Shown here piece by piece: positions 23,043-37,191 of a stretch of 64,000 bases of DNA (position 1 is its first letter; each line of letters begins with the position of its first letter). The DNA is from Octopus vulgaris (taxonomy: Eukaryota): contig OX597837.1 of the NCBI GenBank assembly GCA_951406725.2, positions 33,976,001-34,040,000 on the forward strand, written 5' to 3'. The notes under the pieces were generated by a model. It was not told the DNA's origin. It did not search any database and worked only from the letters and a program-made list of their open reading frames with translations. The position numbers were made by a program, and so were the translations under genes.

Positions 23043-23255
23043 GTGTCCGTGTCCTAAGTCCTTGACAGTAAGCAAAAACTTCGTGAGATGCAAGGGACAA
23101 TCCACTTGGAATGCCAGTAACAAGTTTCGTAACATCTAGCAGACAAGTACTTGAAATAGTTCAAGAGTCGACAAAGACCGTCCTTCTCGAAGCTGTGTCT
23201 GGAGAGCAGTCTTCTCTGCGGAGCTGAAACCGGGGGAATTGGAAGGAGGAGGCGG
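23043..23255 (+). repeat. Unclassified dispersed repeat (inverted copy at ~27525-27716)
   Basis: atgcaagggacaatcc...gctgtgtctg..gagcag..ttctctg..ga.ctgaaaccggg shared in opposite orientation. Confidence 0.7.
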
Positions 23256-23636
23256 ATGATGATGATGATGATGATGATGAAGAGGAGGAGCTACAAGACC
23301 ACCAGACATGGTGAGAAAGCAAGACCAAAGAAGACATTTCTGGACGTATTTTTCCCACGTTTGCCATTATTGCTTAATGCATGTTGGGCGTTGTGGTCAT
23401 TGCTGTTTGCGCTGAATCCCAGACCATATCAGATGTTGTAGTTTAGAGTGTTCCGCTCTCTGATAGAGGACGATGGCCAGCCACTTGACTAAAAATTCCT
23501 TTTGTTGACAGAAACACACACATACAAACATGGAATTGTGGATTTACCAAAATTAAAGGGCGGGGAGAGGTAGAAATTTCCGGAAAAGTATTGTGAAACG
23601 CACCACAGGTGCAACCACTTGAGAATATATATGTGC

Positions 23637-23670
<34 letters not shown>

Positions 23671-23691
23671 TTGTGTGTGTGTGTTTGTGTG

Positions 23692-23760
<69 letters not shown>

Positions 23761-23765
23761 GTGTG

Positions 23766-23800
<35 letters not shown>

Positions 23801-24111
23801 ATGTATGTATGCATGTATGTATGTATGTATGTATATATGTATTATGTATGTATGTATGTATGTATGTATGTATATATATATTATATATATGTGTGTGTTA
23901 GTGTTTGTGCGTATGTGTGTGTTTGTGTGTGTGTATGTATGTATGTATGTATGTATGTATGTATGTATGTATGCATGTATGTATGTATGTATGTATGTAT
24001 GCATGTATGTATGTATGTATGTATGTATGTATACATTGTATGTATGTATGTATGTATGCATGCATGTATGTATGTATGCATGCATGTATGTATGTATGTA
24101 TGTATATTTAT

Positions 24112-24327
24112 GAGTGTGCGTCTTTCTGTCTGTGTTTGTTTTCCCCATCAACACTTGACAACCGGTGTCTATGTGTTTGCATCCCCGTAACTTAGCGGTT
24201 CGGCAAAAGAGTCCGATAGAATATGTACGAGGCTTCAGAAATAAGTACTGAGTTGATTCGATTAAAAATTCAAGGCGATGCCCCAACATGGCCGCAGTCT
24301 AATAACTGAGACAAGTAAAAGATAAAA
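24112..24327 (+). mobile_element. SINE family A, 3' half (diverged)
   Basis: acttgacaaccggtg...taacttagcggttcggcaaaagag...acaagtaaaaga. Confidence 0.75.
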
Positions 24328-24377
24328 TATATAGAGATAGACAGACAGATAAATACATACATACATACATACATACA

Positions 24378-24770
24378 TTATTATTATGGCTGCCCCCTCG
24401 TTATCGAGTATGGCCATTGCACGAAGCTTAACTGTTACTGGTGCTGTGATCGAATGTGACTTTTTAGCCCAGCTAAAGATCTACAATGTCTTGTACAGAA
24501 TTGGCAACTAAAACCTTTACTGGTAATGGCCGGCTGTAGTTGTAACTGGGCTTCATGTACCTTTGCACGTCGTTTAAGTCCTCCTGCCGAATTACACTCT
24601 CTTCCACATGCCCGACAGATATGATTAGTATGGTGTGTTACACCACCACCAGTGGCGAGGTTGTCACTCATCTGTCTCGCCTTATGACTACGAAGATGAC
24701 TCATGAGTCCAGCTTTACTGAGGCAGGGTCTTGCACAGACATTGCATGTCAGAATCAAAGGAAGACCCTT
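24378..24770 (-). mobile_element. RTE-clade LINE 3' end with three C2H2-like zinc fingers and (TAA)n tail
   Basis: CNVC...AGLMSHLRSH, CRAC...GGLKRRAKVH and CQFC...AGLKSHIRSQH, then the ctcgataacgag stem-loop and taataataa tail typical of RTE ends. Confidence 0.75.
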
Positions 24771-24789
24771 CCTTCCATACATACATACA

Positions 24790-25103
24790 TACCTTATTTG
24801 GAACAATAGTTATACTTCCCTCAGGTTGTTCAGTTTGGATATCCTGCACGAGATCAATAGCAAATTTTTTACTACACTTTATGATAGAATGAAGCTTCTT
24901 TCGTCTCTCGTGATTTTCCACGAGCTTTAGCATCCAGTCATTCGTTATTTCAAGATATTTGGCCAGTCCAATTGTGGTTGTTTTGTAAGCTAGTTCAAAT
25001 TGGATCAGGCCTCGACCTCCTTGGGCTCTGGGGAGGTAAGGGCGATCTACGTCTGCCTTTGGGTGGTGCATCCTATTACAACTCAGCAGCTTGCGTAATT
25101 TCC
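24790..25103 (-). mobile_element. R4/Dong-clade non-LTR retrotransposon fragment (post-RT region)
   Basis: MHHPKADVDRPYLPRAQGGRGLIQFE motif; abuts (TAA)n. Confidence 0.8.
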
Positions 25104-25149
<46 letters not shown>

Positions 25150-25153
25150 ATTA

Positions 25154-25740
25154 AGGCGGCGAGCTGGCAGAACCGTTAGCACGCCGGGCGAAATGCTTAA
25201 CGGTATTTCGTCTGCCGTTACGTTCTGAGTTCAAATTCCGCCGAGGTCGACTTTGTCTTTCATCCTTTCGGGGTCGATTAAATAAGTACCAGTTACGCAC
25301 TGGGGTCGATATAATTGACTTAATTCGTGTGTCTGTCCTTGTTTGTCCCCTCTGTGTTTAGCCCCTTGTGGGTAGTAAAGAAATAGGTATTTCATCCGTC
25401 GCTACATTCTGAGTTCAAATTCCGCCGAGGTAGACTTTATCTTTCATCCTTTCGGGGTCGATTAAATAAGTACCAGTTACGCACTGGGGTCGATATAATT
25501 GACTTAATTCGCGTGTCTGTCCTTGTTTGTCCCCTCTGTGTTTAGCCCCTCGTGGGTAGTAAAGAAATAGGTATTTCATCCGTCGCTACGTTCTGAGTTC
25601 AAATTCCGCCGAGGTCGACTTTGTCTTTCAACCTTTCGGGGTCGATAAATTAAGTACCAGTTATATACTGGGGTTGATGGAATCAACTCATCACCTTCTC
25701 CAAAACTGCTGCCCTTGTGACAAAATTTGAAACCATTATT
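25154..25740 (+). mobile_element. SINE family B, trimeric (184-bp internal module)
   Basis: Head aggcggcgagctggcagaa; module ggtatttc...GAGTTCAAATTCC (box B)...ctttcatcctttcggggtcgat..aataagtaccag starts at 25202, 25386 and 25570. Confidence 0.85.
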
Positions 25741-25764
25741 ATTATCATTGTTGTTGTTGTTGTT

Positions 25765-26285
25765 TTCCTTCTTTCTTCAAATTTTCTTCCGTTTCTCGCC
25801 GGGTGTTTTCCGCACACTTGAGGCAGAGAAGGTCATTGTATGCATTCCCAGATTACACACGCAAATTCACAGGTAAAATATGTATTATAAAAATAAATTC
25901 ATGAATGGATGTTGTTTTCACAGCGATAATGCTCTTCTCAGTACTTGAGTCGTTCCAGTTAACACGATTATTTTTGCACTTCCTGTAGGTATGGTAAACC
26001 TGGTATCATTTTCAAATAGATTTCAGTACCTTTTCTTTATTATTCCCAGAGATCCTACAATTACTGGTACTGTAGTCACCTTGAGATTCCACATTTTTTC
26101 AATTTCTATTAGCAAGTCTTTATATTTACTGATCTTGTCAAATTCTTTCGCTGCTATATTGTGATCGCAAAGAATACTCATGTCAATTAATAAACACACC
26201 TTTTTTGTCTGATCTTTTATAATAATATCCGGGTTATTAGCTGTTATAGTTTTGTCGGTATGAACGGGGAAGTACAACAGAATCG
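25765..26285 (-). mobile_element. R4/Dong-clade element: RLE endonuclease C-terminus and 3' UTR
   Basis: HTDKTITANNPDIIIKD...LLIDMSI..D.NI..KE..KISKYKDL..EI.KMW...VPVIVGSLG, then LQEVQK..LTGTTQVLRRALS; flanked by (ATT)/(GTT) repeats. Confidence 0.85.
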
Positions 26286-26288
26286 ATA

Positions 26289-26343
<55 letters not shown>

Positions 26344-26389
26344 GTTATTGTTATTGTTGCTGTTGTTGTTGTTGTAAGTATTGTTGTTA

Positions 26390-26464
<75 letters not shown>

Positions 26465-26716
26465 TCATTATCACTAATATTATTATTATTTTTTTTATTA
26501 TATTATTATTATTGTTGTTGTTGTTGTTATTGTTATTATTTTATGTGAGTGTGTGCGTGTATGTGTGTGGGTTATGTATATTATGTGTGTGTGTGTTGTG
26601 TGTGTGTGTGTTGTGTGTTGTGTTGTGTGTGTGTGTTGTGTGTGTGTACACCTGCCAATAAAATTACTGTGGTTAAGTAGTCTTCATCTTCTACTAAGGA
26701 GTGGAAGACTCTAGAA

Positions 26717-27062
26717 CAGGCCTGGCCAACTCGAATTACGTTGATGGCCACTTTAATCACAGAAAATTTTTTGAGGGCCGCTTGTATACTTTATGCACTA
26801 ATAGTCAAATAATCAAATTACAGAATCAAGAATCTTTGATACTTTTCGTTCGTTTAAAATTATAAAATTGTAGGCTATTGCTTTATTGCCACTTATGAAT
26901 TTTGAACAACAGCAGACTTATGTTGACTAATGAATTTTGAACAACAGCAGCAGACATGTTGACTTATGAATTTTGAACAACGACAGCAGACTTATGATGA
27001 CTTATGAATTTTGAACAACGATAGTAGACTTATGTTGACTTATGAATTTTGAACAACAACAA
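26717..27062 (+). mobile_element. hAT-like terminus followed by a ~35-38-bp minisatellite (x~5)
   Basis: ctctagaa|CAGGCCTGGCCAAC start; (gacttatgaattttgaacaacagca...) repeats at 26891-27062. Confidence 0.55.
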
Positions 27063-27068
27063 TTTTTG

Positions 27069-27397
27069 TGGTACCAGTGCCGGTGGCACATAAGAAAACC
27101 ATCCGAACGTGGCCGTAGCCAGTACCGCATCGACTGGCCTCCGTGCTGTGGGCACGTAACAAACACCATCCGATCGTGGCCGTGCCAGCCTCGCCTGGCC
27201 TCCGTGTCGGTGGCACATAAAAAGCACCCACTACACTCACGGAGTGGTTGGCGTTAGGAAGGGCATCCAGCTATAGAAACACTGCCAGATCTGACTGGCC
27301 TGGTGCAGGCTTTGGGCTTCACAGACCCCAGTTGAACCGTCCAACCCATGCTAGCATAGAAAGCGGACGTTAAACGATGATGATGATGATGATGATG
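27069..27397 (+). mobile_element. SINE/LINE-tail family E with (GAT)n tail
   Basis: ggttggcgttaggaagggcatccagct.tagaaac...ccgtccaacccatgctagc...ggacgttaaacgatgatg; further copies at 57957-58107 (+) and 44540-44668 (-). Confidence 0.75.
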
Positions 27398-28024
27398 AAC
27401 AGCAGACATGGATAGAACGTGTCCATAAATCTCCCACTTTGGTCTTATGCTCATGCCGTGATGTGTGTTGAGCCCTGATGAGAAGCTTGATGTGTGTTTA
27501 TGCTATCGGGGCGGTCTTGGAGCCCCTTCTCTTCCTCCTTCCTGGTCCCGGTTTCAGTTCCTCAGAGAAGGCTGCTCGTCAGACACAGCCTCAAGAAAGA
27601 CGGCCTTGTTGACTTTGAAATATTTCAAATGTTTGTCTGCCAGATGATGTGAGGCTTGTGACTGGCACTCCAGGAGGATTGTCCCTTGCATATCGGGAAG
27701 TTTGGGACACGGACACACACACGGGCATTTACACACACACACACACACACAAAAATGTATATATAGTAATCCCTCGTTATATCTGTTTTACTCGAAAAGA
27801 ATACAAACTTAAGACCCATTCAAATGTACTCGAGAGAAAATTGAATCTGTGAAGCCTTTGCCCAACCTTTTTGTCGCTCAAGACAAAAATGGTGTTAAAG
27901 CACCAGAGTCAGAATAATATTTCTATGTCTTGCAGCTGTGGAAAGCCTTTACTGGTTCAAATATCTCTGAAACATATTGGACCAGATCTTAGGTATATTT
28001 TAATACGTAAAAAGTTTTTGAATC

Positions 28025-28115
28025 ACCTTGGGCAAGTGTCTTCTACTATAGCCTCGGGCCGACCAAAGCCTTGTGAGTGGTTTTGGTAGACGGAAACTGA
28101 AAGAAGCCCGTCGTA

Positions 28116-28179
<64 letters not shown>

Positions 28180-28401
28180 TGTGTGTGTTTGTGTGTCTGT
28201 GTTTGTCCCCCTAGCATTGCTTGACAACCGATGCTGGTGAGTTTATGTCCCCCGTTACTTAGTGGTTCGGCACAAGAGACCGATAGAATAAGTACTGGGC
28301 TTACAAAAGAATAAGACCCGGGGGTCGAGTTGCTCGATTAAAGGCGGTGCTCCAGCATGGCCGCAGTCAAATGACTGAAACAAGTAAAAGAGTAAAAGAG
28401 T
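28025..28401 (+). mobile_element. SINE family A, 5'-truncated
   Basis: Body and tail match family A. Confidence 0.85.
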
Positions 28402-28651
28402 ATATGAGTGTGTGTGTGTGGGGGTGCTTATAATATGACTTAGGATCGTTGTTTTCGCCCAGCTATCTTTCTCACATTTGTCTTCGCGCCTATTTTAAAT
28501 TTCAAACATACGATACTGTAATCGCTACAACTTTCTGTCCTCCATCACACCATCCCCACCTTCTTCAACATTATCTGCCTGTCTCTCTCTGTCTCACTTT
28601 TTCTCCCTCCTTTTGTCTGTTTGTCTGTCTGTCCTCCTCTCTCTCTCCCTT

Positions 28652-28741
<90 letters not shown>

Positions 28742-28742
28742 A

Positions 28743-28799
<57 letters not shown>

Positions 28800-29147
28800 C
28801 CTATCTAACTATATATCTATCTATCTATCTATCACAGTCATTTTCTCACTTTCTCTTTCATCAAATCTCTATTTCACACATTCGCTCCCGTGGACATTAA
28901 TCCCAAACAAATACACACGCACACACACACACATACGCGCGCGCGCGAACATACACACACTTAACATGCATCTTTGCACAGAGCAGACGACATCATGCTG
29001 TGACGTGTCCGAACAGACGAAGTGGAACTACGCCGAGTCGTGTCTGGAATAACGGAATGCATTGCCGAACGCGTCGCATAAACCGAACACGTTATCTCAG
29101 CAGTTCACCCGATCACAAAGCAAATGTGGAGGTTCTTATATGCATGG

Positions 29148-29167
29148 ACACACACACACACACGCAT

Positions 29168-29198
<31 letters not shown>

Positions 29199-29260
29199 CA
29201 CGCACACACAAACACACACACACATACAAACACACGCACGCACACACACAAACACGCACG

Positions 29261-29319
<59 letters not shown>

Positions 29320-29700
29320 ACACGCATGCACACACACACACACACAAACACGCACGTACGCACACAGACACACACACGCACACACACACATACACGCACA
29401 CACACACTCGCACACACGCACACACACAAACACACACTAACACACGCACGCACACACAAACACGCGCACGCACACACACACACACACGCAGACACACACG
29501 CAGACACACACGCACACACACACACACACGCAAACACACACACACACACAGACACACACACATACAAACACACGCATGCACGCACTTACACGCACACACA
29601 AACACGCGCATACACACACACAAACACACGCACGCAAACACACACACATACAAACACACGCACACACACACACACGCACGCATGCACACACACTACCACA
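29148..29700. repeat. Compound (CA)n microsatellite
   Basis: Direct inspection. Confidence 0.9.
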
Positions 29701-29982
29701 GACAAACATGCATGTATGCACATAGTCAAAAGCAACACATCTATACATGTTGACATACATACGTACGTACAGGCATACATACATACATACAAATATACGG
29801 ACGTACGTACACACATACCTTTATATACAGACGTACATATGCACACGGAGAAACAATTATGTACAGTTTATACGAGACGTGGTTATGCGTCCATACACAT
29901 TCGCTTACACCGATAAAAATGCACACACACATACGTCGCCATACATTAAAAATCTTAAACATACGCGCGCGCGCGTGTGCAT

Positions 29983-30017
<35 letters not shown>

Positions 30018-30097
30018 TGCCTGTGTGCGTATGAGTGAGCATGTGGGTCTTTACACTCATATATATACATGTATTTTACACATGCATATATATGCAC

Positions 30098-30182
<85 letters not shown>

Positions 30183-30397
30183 CGTGTGTGTGTATGGGTG
30201 TGTGTTTACTCACAAACTTTCATACATACACGATTACACGCGGGCACATAAATCTACACATTTACATATACGTAAATACATGCAGACGTATATATATATG
30301 TGTGTGTGTGTTTGCGTGTGTGTGTGTGTGTGGGGTTGTGTTTGTGTGTGTGCATGTATGTATATGTGTATATATGTATACATACACACATACGTAC

Positions 30398-30446
<49 letters not shown>

Positions 30447-30768
30447 TCTCAAACTTATACACATCGTTGCATATATAGATGCGTATACGCATGCATACAA
30501 ATATATATACACCCACAGGACGATTATCTTCGAAACGCTTGCAAAAACACGACCTAAGCTTGTTTATGGTGTTTAGTTCCGTCTACATGTTGGTTAAAAT
30601 ACACTCTAACATAATTACAAACGCACACACATACATGTATGTATGGCATCTTTCGAAAGCTAAAACAAGCGCATCGTGACAAGCGATGTATAACATTATC
30701 TAATAGTCCGATCGATAGCATGATACATACCCACGCACGCACGCACACACACACACACACACACACAC

Positions 30769-30803
<35 letters not shown>

Positions 30804-31296
30804 GACACATACACACACACACACGCTGGCACGTAGAGACACTTTCGAATTATGCATTAGGAGCAGCTGTAGATTGAAATCTTAATCCAAAAGACATACT
30901 TAACGTTTGTATATCAGTTAAAAGTCAGAAGTTATAGTGGTTGTCTCTAGAAAGATCCTTTTATAGTCGTATTGTGTTAAGAAGACATTATATTTCAAAG
31001 CTACTCGAAAGGAAATCGTCCCGATAGCGACTGCGAGAGTGATAGTTGCGCATTTCGCCGTAACTGCCGCCTGTCAGTGCCATGCATTCGAATTTTATGC
31101 AAACATACATGCATACATACATACAAGCATACATACATACATGGCATACATATCATAAATACATGCATGCATACATGTATACCATACATACAACATACAT
31201 ATCTACACACGCACGTACATATATATTTGAAACTCGGAATCTATCTCGTGACTCCTGTTTCACGCCACTGCATTCTTCAGCAGACACATACTTGGT

Positions 31297-31362
<66 letters not shown>

Positions 31363-32579
31363 TAAATGCATGAACTTTTTTCAAATTAGAACATTATCTC
31401 CAGCTTCTAGCGTCTATAGGATTGTATGTCTTTACAAATTCAACAAATAAGGTGTGTCATAAGCGTCATAATTTGACAGCTATGTAGTTATATTATGCAT
31501 ATAAATATGTAATATAATTGCATAAGAACTCTAAAGTATACGCTGTCAGTCTGAAAACAATTTGTAACCTGTAGTTAGAAAATATTATTGTCATTAGCAA
31601 ATCATGGGAGATAACTCGACACATGATTCGGACTTCATCGTACTCTTCTGTAGATGTGCAGCCATAACATTTTTTTGTAGAAATGTTTGCAATTCCACAA
31701 TATTTTGGGGCAAAATATTTCCTTCCTTTGGACTGATTCAAATTTTAATGAAATTTCACTGACAAAATCTGACGGAATTCGGTCCATTGGACTGTACCTG
31801 TTTTTGCGTGGCAGACCTTATCCGTCTACAAGTTTAGCGGTACCAAATTGTCATTCAGTGGCTTGAACGGAATCCACCATGTTGCAAGCTTAGAATAAGC
31901 TCTTAGATCGGAAAATAATTCTATACTCGAATGCGTTGGGCCTAAATGTGGTTTTTTTCACATCTCCGTGTCACAAATTTTCAAAAATTGGCAAAAGTTC
32001 TTGGATGCAGTTCGCCGTCCTCTGATTCATCTACAAGATCAACAGAAATCCACCAATAAGTGGGCAAAAAGAAGATCGTGAAAGTTCTTGGAGGAAGACA
32101 TAAATATGGCCGCCGGTCTGCTTTAATAGAACATTTTCCCGCCAAAATTTTAAAATATATTGGACACACATACACATGCACATAGGTTAACATATATATA
32201 TCAATTTACGTCAAAAGAACTGAATAAACTTTGAGGGAACGTAAAAGGATAATTTTTATTATGCGGGGTTAAAAAAACACCTTATCTGCTTCGAGCTTGG
32301 TCGCTCCAAAAAAAAAAAAAGAATACAACCCACTCAAAAAGAAAAACAAATATACATTGACATACACATACACTCATAAATATAAGTACATACTGACGAG
32401 CATGTAGACTAGCATATTCGCACACACACACATGTGTACGCGTACACACATTAACATTCTTTCTTACATAACAATTCATACATTTCTACACCTGTCACAA
32501 ACCATTTCACAATAACGCATAAACATACAGTATACGTATGTATACATATAATTATATATGTATACATCCTGTTTACGTG

Positions 32580-32634
<55 letters not shown>

Positions 32635-32697
32635 GTATGTGTGTATATATATATATATATGTGTATGAGTGTGTGTCTATCTATCTATCTCTGTAAG

Positions 32698-32892
32698 AGT
32701 GGCTGTGTGGTAAGTAGCTTGCTTACCAAACATATGGTTCCCGGGTTCAGTCCCATTGCGTGGCACCTTGAACAAGTATCTTCTTCTATAGCCTCGAGCC
32801 GACCAAAGCCTTGTGAGTGGATTTGGTAGACGGAAAATGAAAGAAGCCCGTCGTCGTATATATGTATATATATATATATGTATATATATATG

Positions 32893-32973
<81 letters not shown>

Positions 32974-33164
32974 GTGTGTTTGTCTCTCCAACATCGCTTC
33001 ACAACCGATGCTGATGTGTCTACGTCCCCGTAACCTGGCGGTTCGGCAAAAGAAATCGTAGAATAAGTACTAGGCTTACAAAGAATAAGTCATGGAGTCA
33101 ATTTACTCGACTAAAGGCGGTGCTGTAGCATGGCCGCAGTCAAATGACTGAAACAAGTAAAAGA
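32698..33164 (+). mobile_element. SINE family A, near full length
   Basis: Box A/B head, body and tail. Confidence 0.85.
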
Positions 33165-33281
33165 ATATATATATATATGTGTGTGTGTGTGTCTATTGAT
33201 ATATGTATACACACGAACACACACATACACACAAACGCGCACACACACACATATATATATATATACATACGCACACATATA

Positions 33282-33356
<75 letters not shown>

Positions 33357-33507
33357 TTACATACATGCTTACATAGTCTCAAACAGAGAGACACGTGTAT
33401 GCCTATCGCTTACTAGCCTATCCCTTGGGTTGAAACCCGGCGTCTCACCGTTCGATATAGGAGTGGAGTGTGGCACATACCGCCGAGGCCAATCTTTGGT
33501 TACAGCG

Positions 33508-33585
<78 letters not shown>

Positions 33586-33679
33586 TGTGTATGCACATAC
33601 ATGCCCTTAATCATGCAAACACAGAATCACCCACGCACAATCACACGGATACCCGCATATATGCTTTCATATTCACACA

Positions 33680-34133
33680 CACGTATACACACACGCACAC
33701 AAACACACACACACACACACACACACTCACACAGGCATACACTCGCTTACCTTCGCACTCTCACGCATGCACACACACACACACATGTACATCAGCTCAT
33801 ACATACACTCAAAATACATGAACACACACACACACACACTTTCACACACGCACTCGAACACACATACAGACACACACGCACACACACGCACACACACACA
33901 CACACACACGGACACGCAAACACACACGCACACACACACACGCACACACACGGACACGCAAACACACACATACACACACACAAACACACGCTCATACACA
34001 CACATACACACACACGCACACACACACACACAGACACACACACACGGTCACGCAAGCACACACACACACACACACACGCACACACACGGACACACAAACA
34101 CACACACGCATGCACACACACATACACACACGG

Positions 34134-34192
<59 letters not shown>
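33680..34192. repeat. Compound (CA)n microsatellite
   Basis: Direct inspection. Confidence 0.9.
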
Positions 34193-34195
<3 letters not shown>

Positions 34196-34543
34196 ATTTT
34201 TCGTATTCAAACACACGCAAGTCCTCCATGTTGATTTGTGTCAAACGTTAAGCTTTATTGTCCGTTCGCATCATCCTCCTCTGCTTCCAGGATCTCCAGC
34301 CGAGAAGAGCCACAGATGAGCCTCGGGTAAGATTTAAGGTGAGGGATAGTGGCAGGTAAGATTTTGAATAAAAGGGTCGATTTCTTTTCTCTTTCTCTCC
34401 TCTTATTTGCAACTGGTTTTTGCCGGCAGCGAAATGGTAAAAGATTGTTTCATTTGCTCGGAGCTGAAAAACGATTGGAAGGATTTCGGTTGGGAAGTGG
34501 GACTGTGAGGGGGGATCGAAGTGGTTATCTGCCTCCGCACTTT

Positions 34544-34597
34544 ATCATTACTATCATTATTATTATTATCATCATCATCATCATCATCATCATCGTC

Positions 34598-34629
<32 letters not shown>

Positions 34630-34834
34630 TATCATCATCATCATCATCATCGTCATCATCATCATCATCATCATCATCATCGTCATCATCATCATCATCA
34701 TCATCATCGTCATCATTATCATTATTATTATTATTATTATCATCATCATCATCATCATCATCATCGTCATCATCATCATCATCATCATCATCGTCATCAT
34801 TATCATTATTATTATCATCATCATCATCATCATT

Positions 34835-34873
<39 letters not shown>

Positions 34874-34956
34874 GTCATCATTATTATTATTATCATCATC
34901 ATCATCATCATCATCATAATCATCATCATCATTATCATCATCATTATTATTATTAA

Positions 34957-35013
<57 letters not shown>

Positions 35014-35022
35014 CATTATCAT
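34544..35022. repeat. (ATC/ATT)n microsatellite
   Basis: Direct inspection. Confidence 0.95.
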
Positions 35023-35140
35023 CTTTTTTTCATCTCTACCTTTTTTTGACTTAGTTTTCTTTTTATCATTTGGTGATGATGATGATCATGCGTGTGTGTG
35101 TGTGTGTGCGTCACTCACTTCACGCATACATATGTATGTA

Positions 35141-35172
<32 letters not shown>

Positions 35173-35309
35173 AACATACACACATACATATATATATACT
35201 TACATACACATACGTACATATATACATGCTTGCCTTTTTTCATTTTCATATCCTTTTTATTCAATATTAAATATTTCCATATATATATGCACCTCATTAT
35301 CACTTGTTA

Positions 35310-35408
<99 letters not shown>

Positions 35409-35459
35409 ATATATGTGTATATATATATGTGTATATATATATGTATATATATATAGCGC

Positions 35460-35503
<44 letters not shown>

Positions 35504-35509
35504 CGCGTA

Positions 35510-35540
<31 letters not shown>

Positions 35541-35569
35541 TTTCAGTGTCCTTGTTGCAACTATCGATC

Positions 35570-36010
35570 AGGCTGGAAAGGGTTAAGTGGTCTGCTCTAT
35601 CATCTTTATGGATTCATGTCGGACATGTTCGCCATCATCTCCCGTGGCAGACGTCTATCTCACAACTGACAGCAACACAGAAACACAGAACATTCCCAGT
35701 TGTGTTAACTGACGAGTGGTGATGCTGTTGATTAAGGACGACAACATGGACGATTTTCTGCCTATAAACTCTGCTGAGAGCAGAGTTAAAGATTTTAGTC
35801 AAGGCGTTTATGAAGGCGACAGCGTTTGTCGTTGGTAGTGTTGGCGGCCATGATGCAAAGTTGCACGATTGCTGGCAGAAATATCAGAGACGACCTTCAC
35901 CTCATGTGAAACGCTTGCAGAGAAGATGATTAATAACCCGGGCAGTCTGTGAGTCTCTGAACCATTTAGATCAATCCAAAGCCTTCGATGAGATCGATCT
36001 TCAGTGTTAG
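35570..36010 (+). mobile_element. L1/Tx1-clade LINE reverse transcriptase fragment, decayed
   Basis: Colinear motifs [10 protein letters not shown] (~PGLDGLPYEFY), DDFLPI-TLLRAELKILVK, GRNIRDDLHLM and LDQSKAFDEID. Confidence 0.75.
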
Positions 36011-36174
36011 GCGGTTGTGTTCGGTATATCTTATTTCGATCTCATTTTTGGATCTTGGGTCACTTCAAAGTCCTAAACATCTTTTTCCGTGGTCAAACTA
36101 AATGGCTACAGATGAGAACCGTTTCGAATGACGCACTCAGTCCGCAAAGAGTACCCTTTCTCATCGATCCTGTA

Positions 36175-36389
36175 TGTAGGGGTGCTGAAAAGATCCTGGC
36201 TTTGGGTAAAAGAAAATACAAGAGGATCAGTTAAACATGATTTTGCTCAACATATTTCCCTCTCAGATTCACACTTATTGCAGCAGTCCTTCAGCTTCCC
36301 GAAGCCTTTTAAAAGAACTCGGAAAGTTGGCCCTTCAGCTGGGCCTTTCGCGACACACGTAAAGCCAGGAACTTTTCAGCACTCCTTCG
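36175..36389. mobile_element. Mariner-type MITE with 29-bp TIRs and TA TSD
   Basis: TA|tgtaggggtgctgaaaagatcctggcttt ... aaagccaggaacttttcagcactccttcg|TA. Confidence 0.8.
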
Positions 36390-36620
36390 TATGTGTCACC
36401 TCTTGAGTCACTTCTGTTGCAGCTAAAGATGGCAAAAATCGACGACCTTCTCGAGGTGGCTCAAGACGTTGAGGATGACAAAAGCCCCAGAGAATGATAA
36501 AGTCGCCATACTCTGGGATATACCAATCCACAAAGACAGGGAGATGAAAGATCATTGACCTGATATTGTTCATGACTACGACGAAAAGAAATGCCTCACA
36601 ATTGAAGAATCATTCTAGAC

Positions 36621-36755
36621 CAGTAGTTCCAAAGTGGGGTCCATATAGGATTTTTGGGCTCCTCTCAACAAAACAGTAAATTGGGGATCTACAATAGTAT
36701 TTTAAGGGCCCCTAAAAAAATCTTGTTTTAGATGTATGTAATGGTATGTATTGCA
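36621..36755 (+). mobile_element. hAT-like MITE 5' part (same family as 7288 and 52116)
   Basis: ttctagac|CAGTAGTT... start; shared gtaaattg..gatctacaatagtattttaaggg. Confidence 0.55.
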
Positions 36756-37054
36756 AATAATAATAATAATAATAGGGAGCATCATAGCCATGTGTTGAGA
36801 GGAATTCTTTGGAATTTGAATAATTGGCCTCTGGAAACATGGGTGTTTCGTTCAACATCCTTAAACAACCCTTATTCAGGGACCTTTTGAGCAGGATGGG
36901 TGACTCGAGGTCATGTGCTGTCTATCTTGATATGAGATCATCATGTCGCGCACATATGGTTGTGATGCATGTGCCTGTTATACCCTTATCAGACGGGTAG
37001 TCATGATGGGTATACTGGGCTTCGTATATTTTACCCCCGTGTCACTTTGATGGC

Positions 37055-37056
<2 letters not shown>

Positions 37057-37085
<29 letters not shown>

Positions 37086-37154
37086 CTTCTTCTTCTTCTT
37101 CTTCTTCTCCTCCTCCTCCTCCTCCTCCTGCATCATCATCATCATCATCACCAC

Positions 37155-37191
<37 letters not shown>

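Noticed and set aside
24435-24806. Host C2H2 zinc-finger gene
   Set aside because: No TGEKP linkers; followed by an RTE-type 3' stem-loop and (TAA)n tail, so it is a LINE C-terminus
26891-27062. CRISPR-like array of ~36-bp period
   Set aside because: Contiguous tandem units without unique spacers; eukaryotic context and no cas genes
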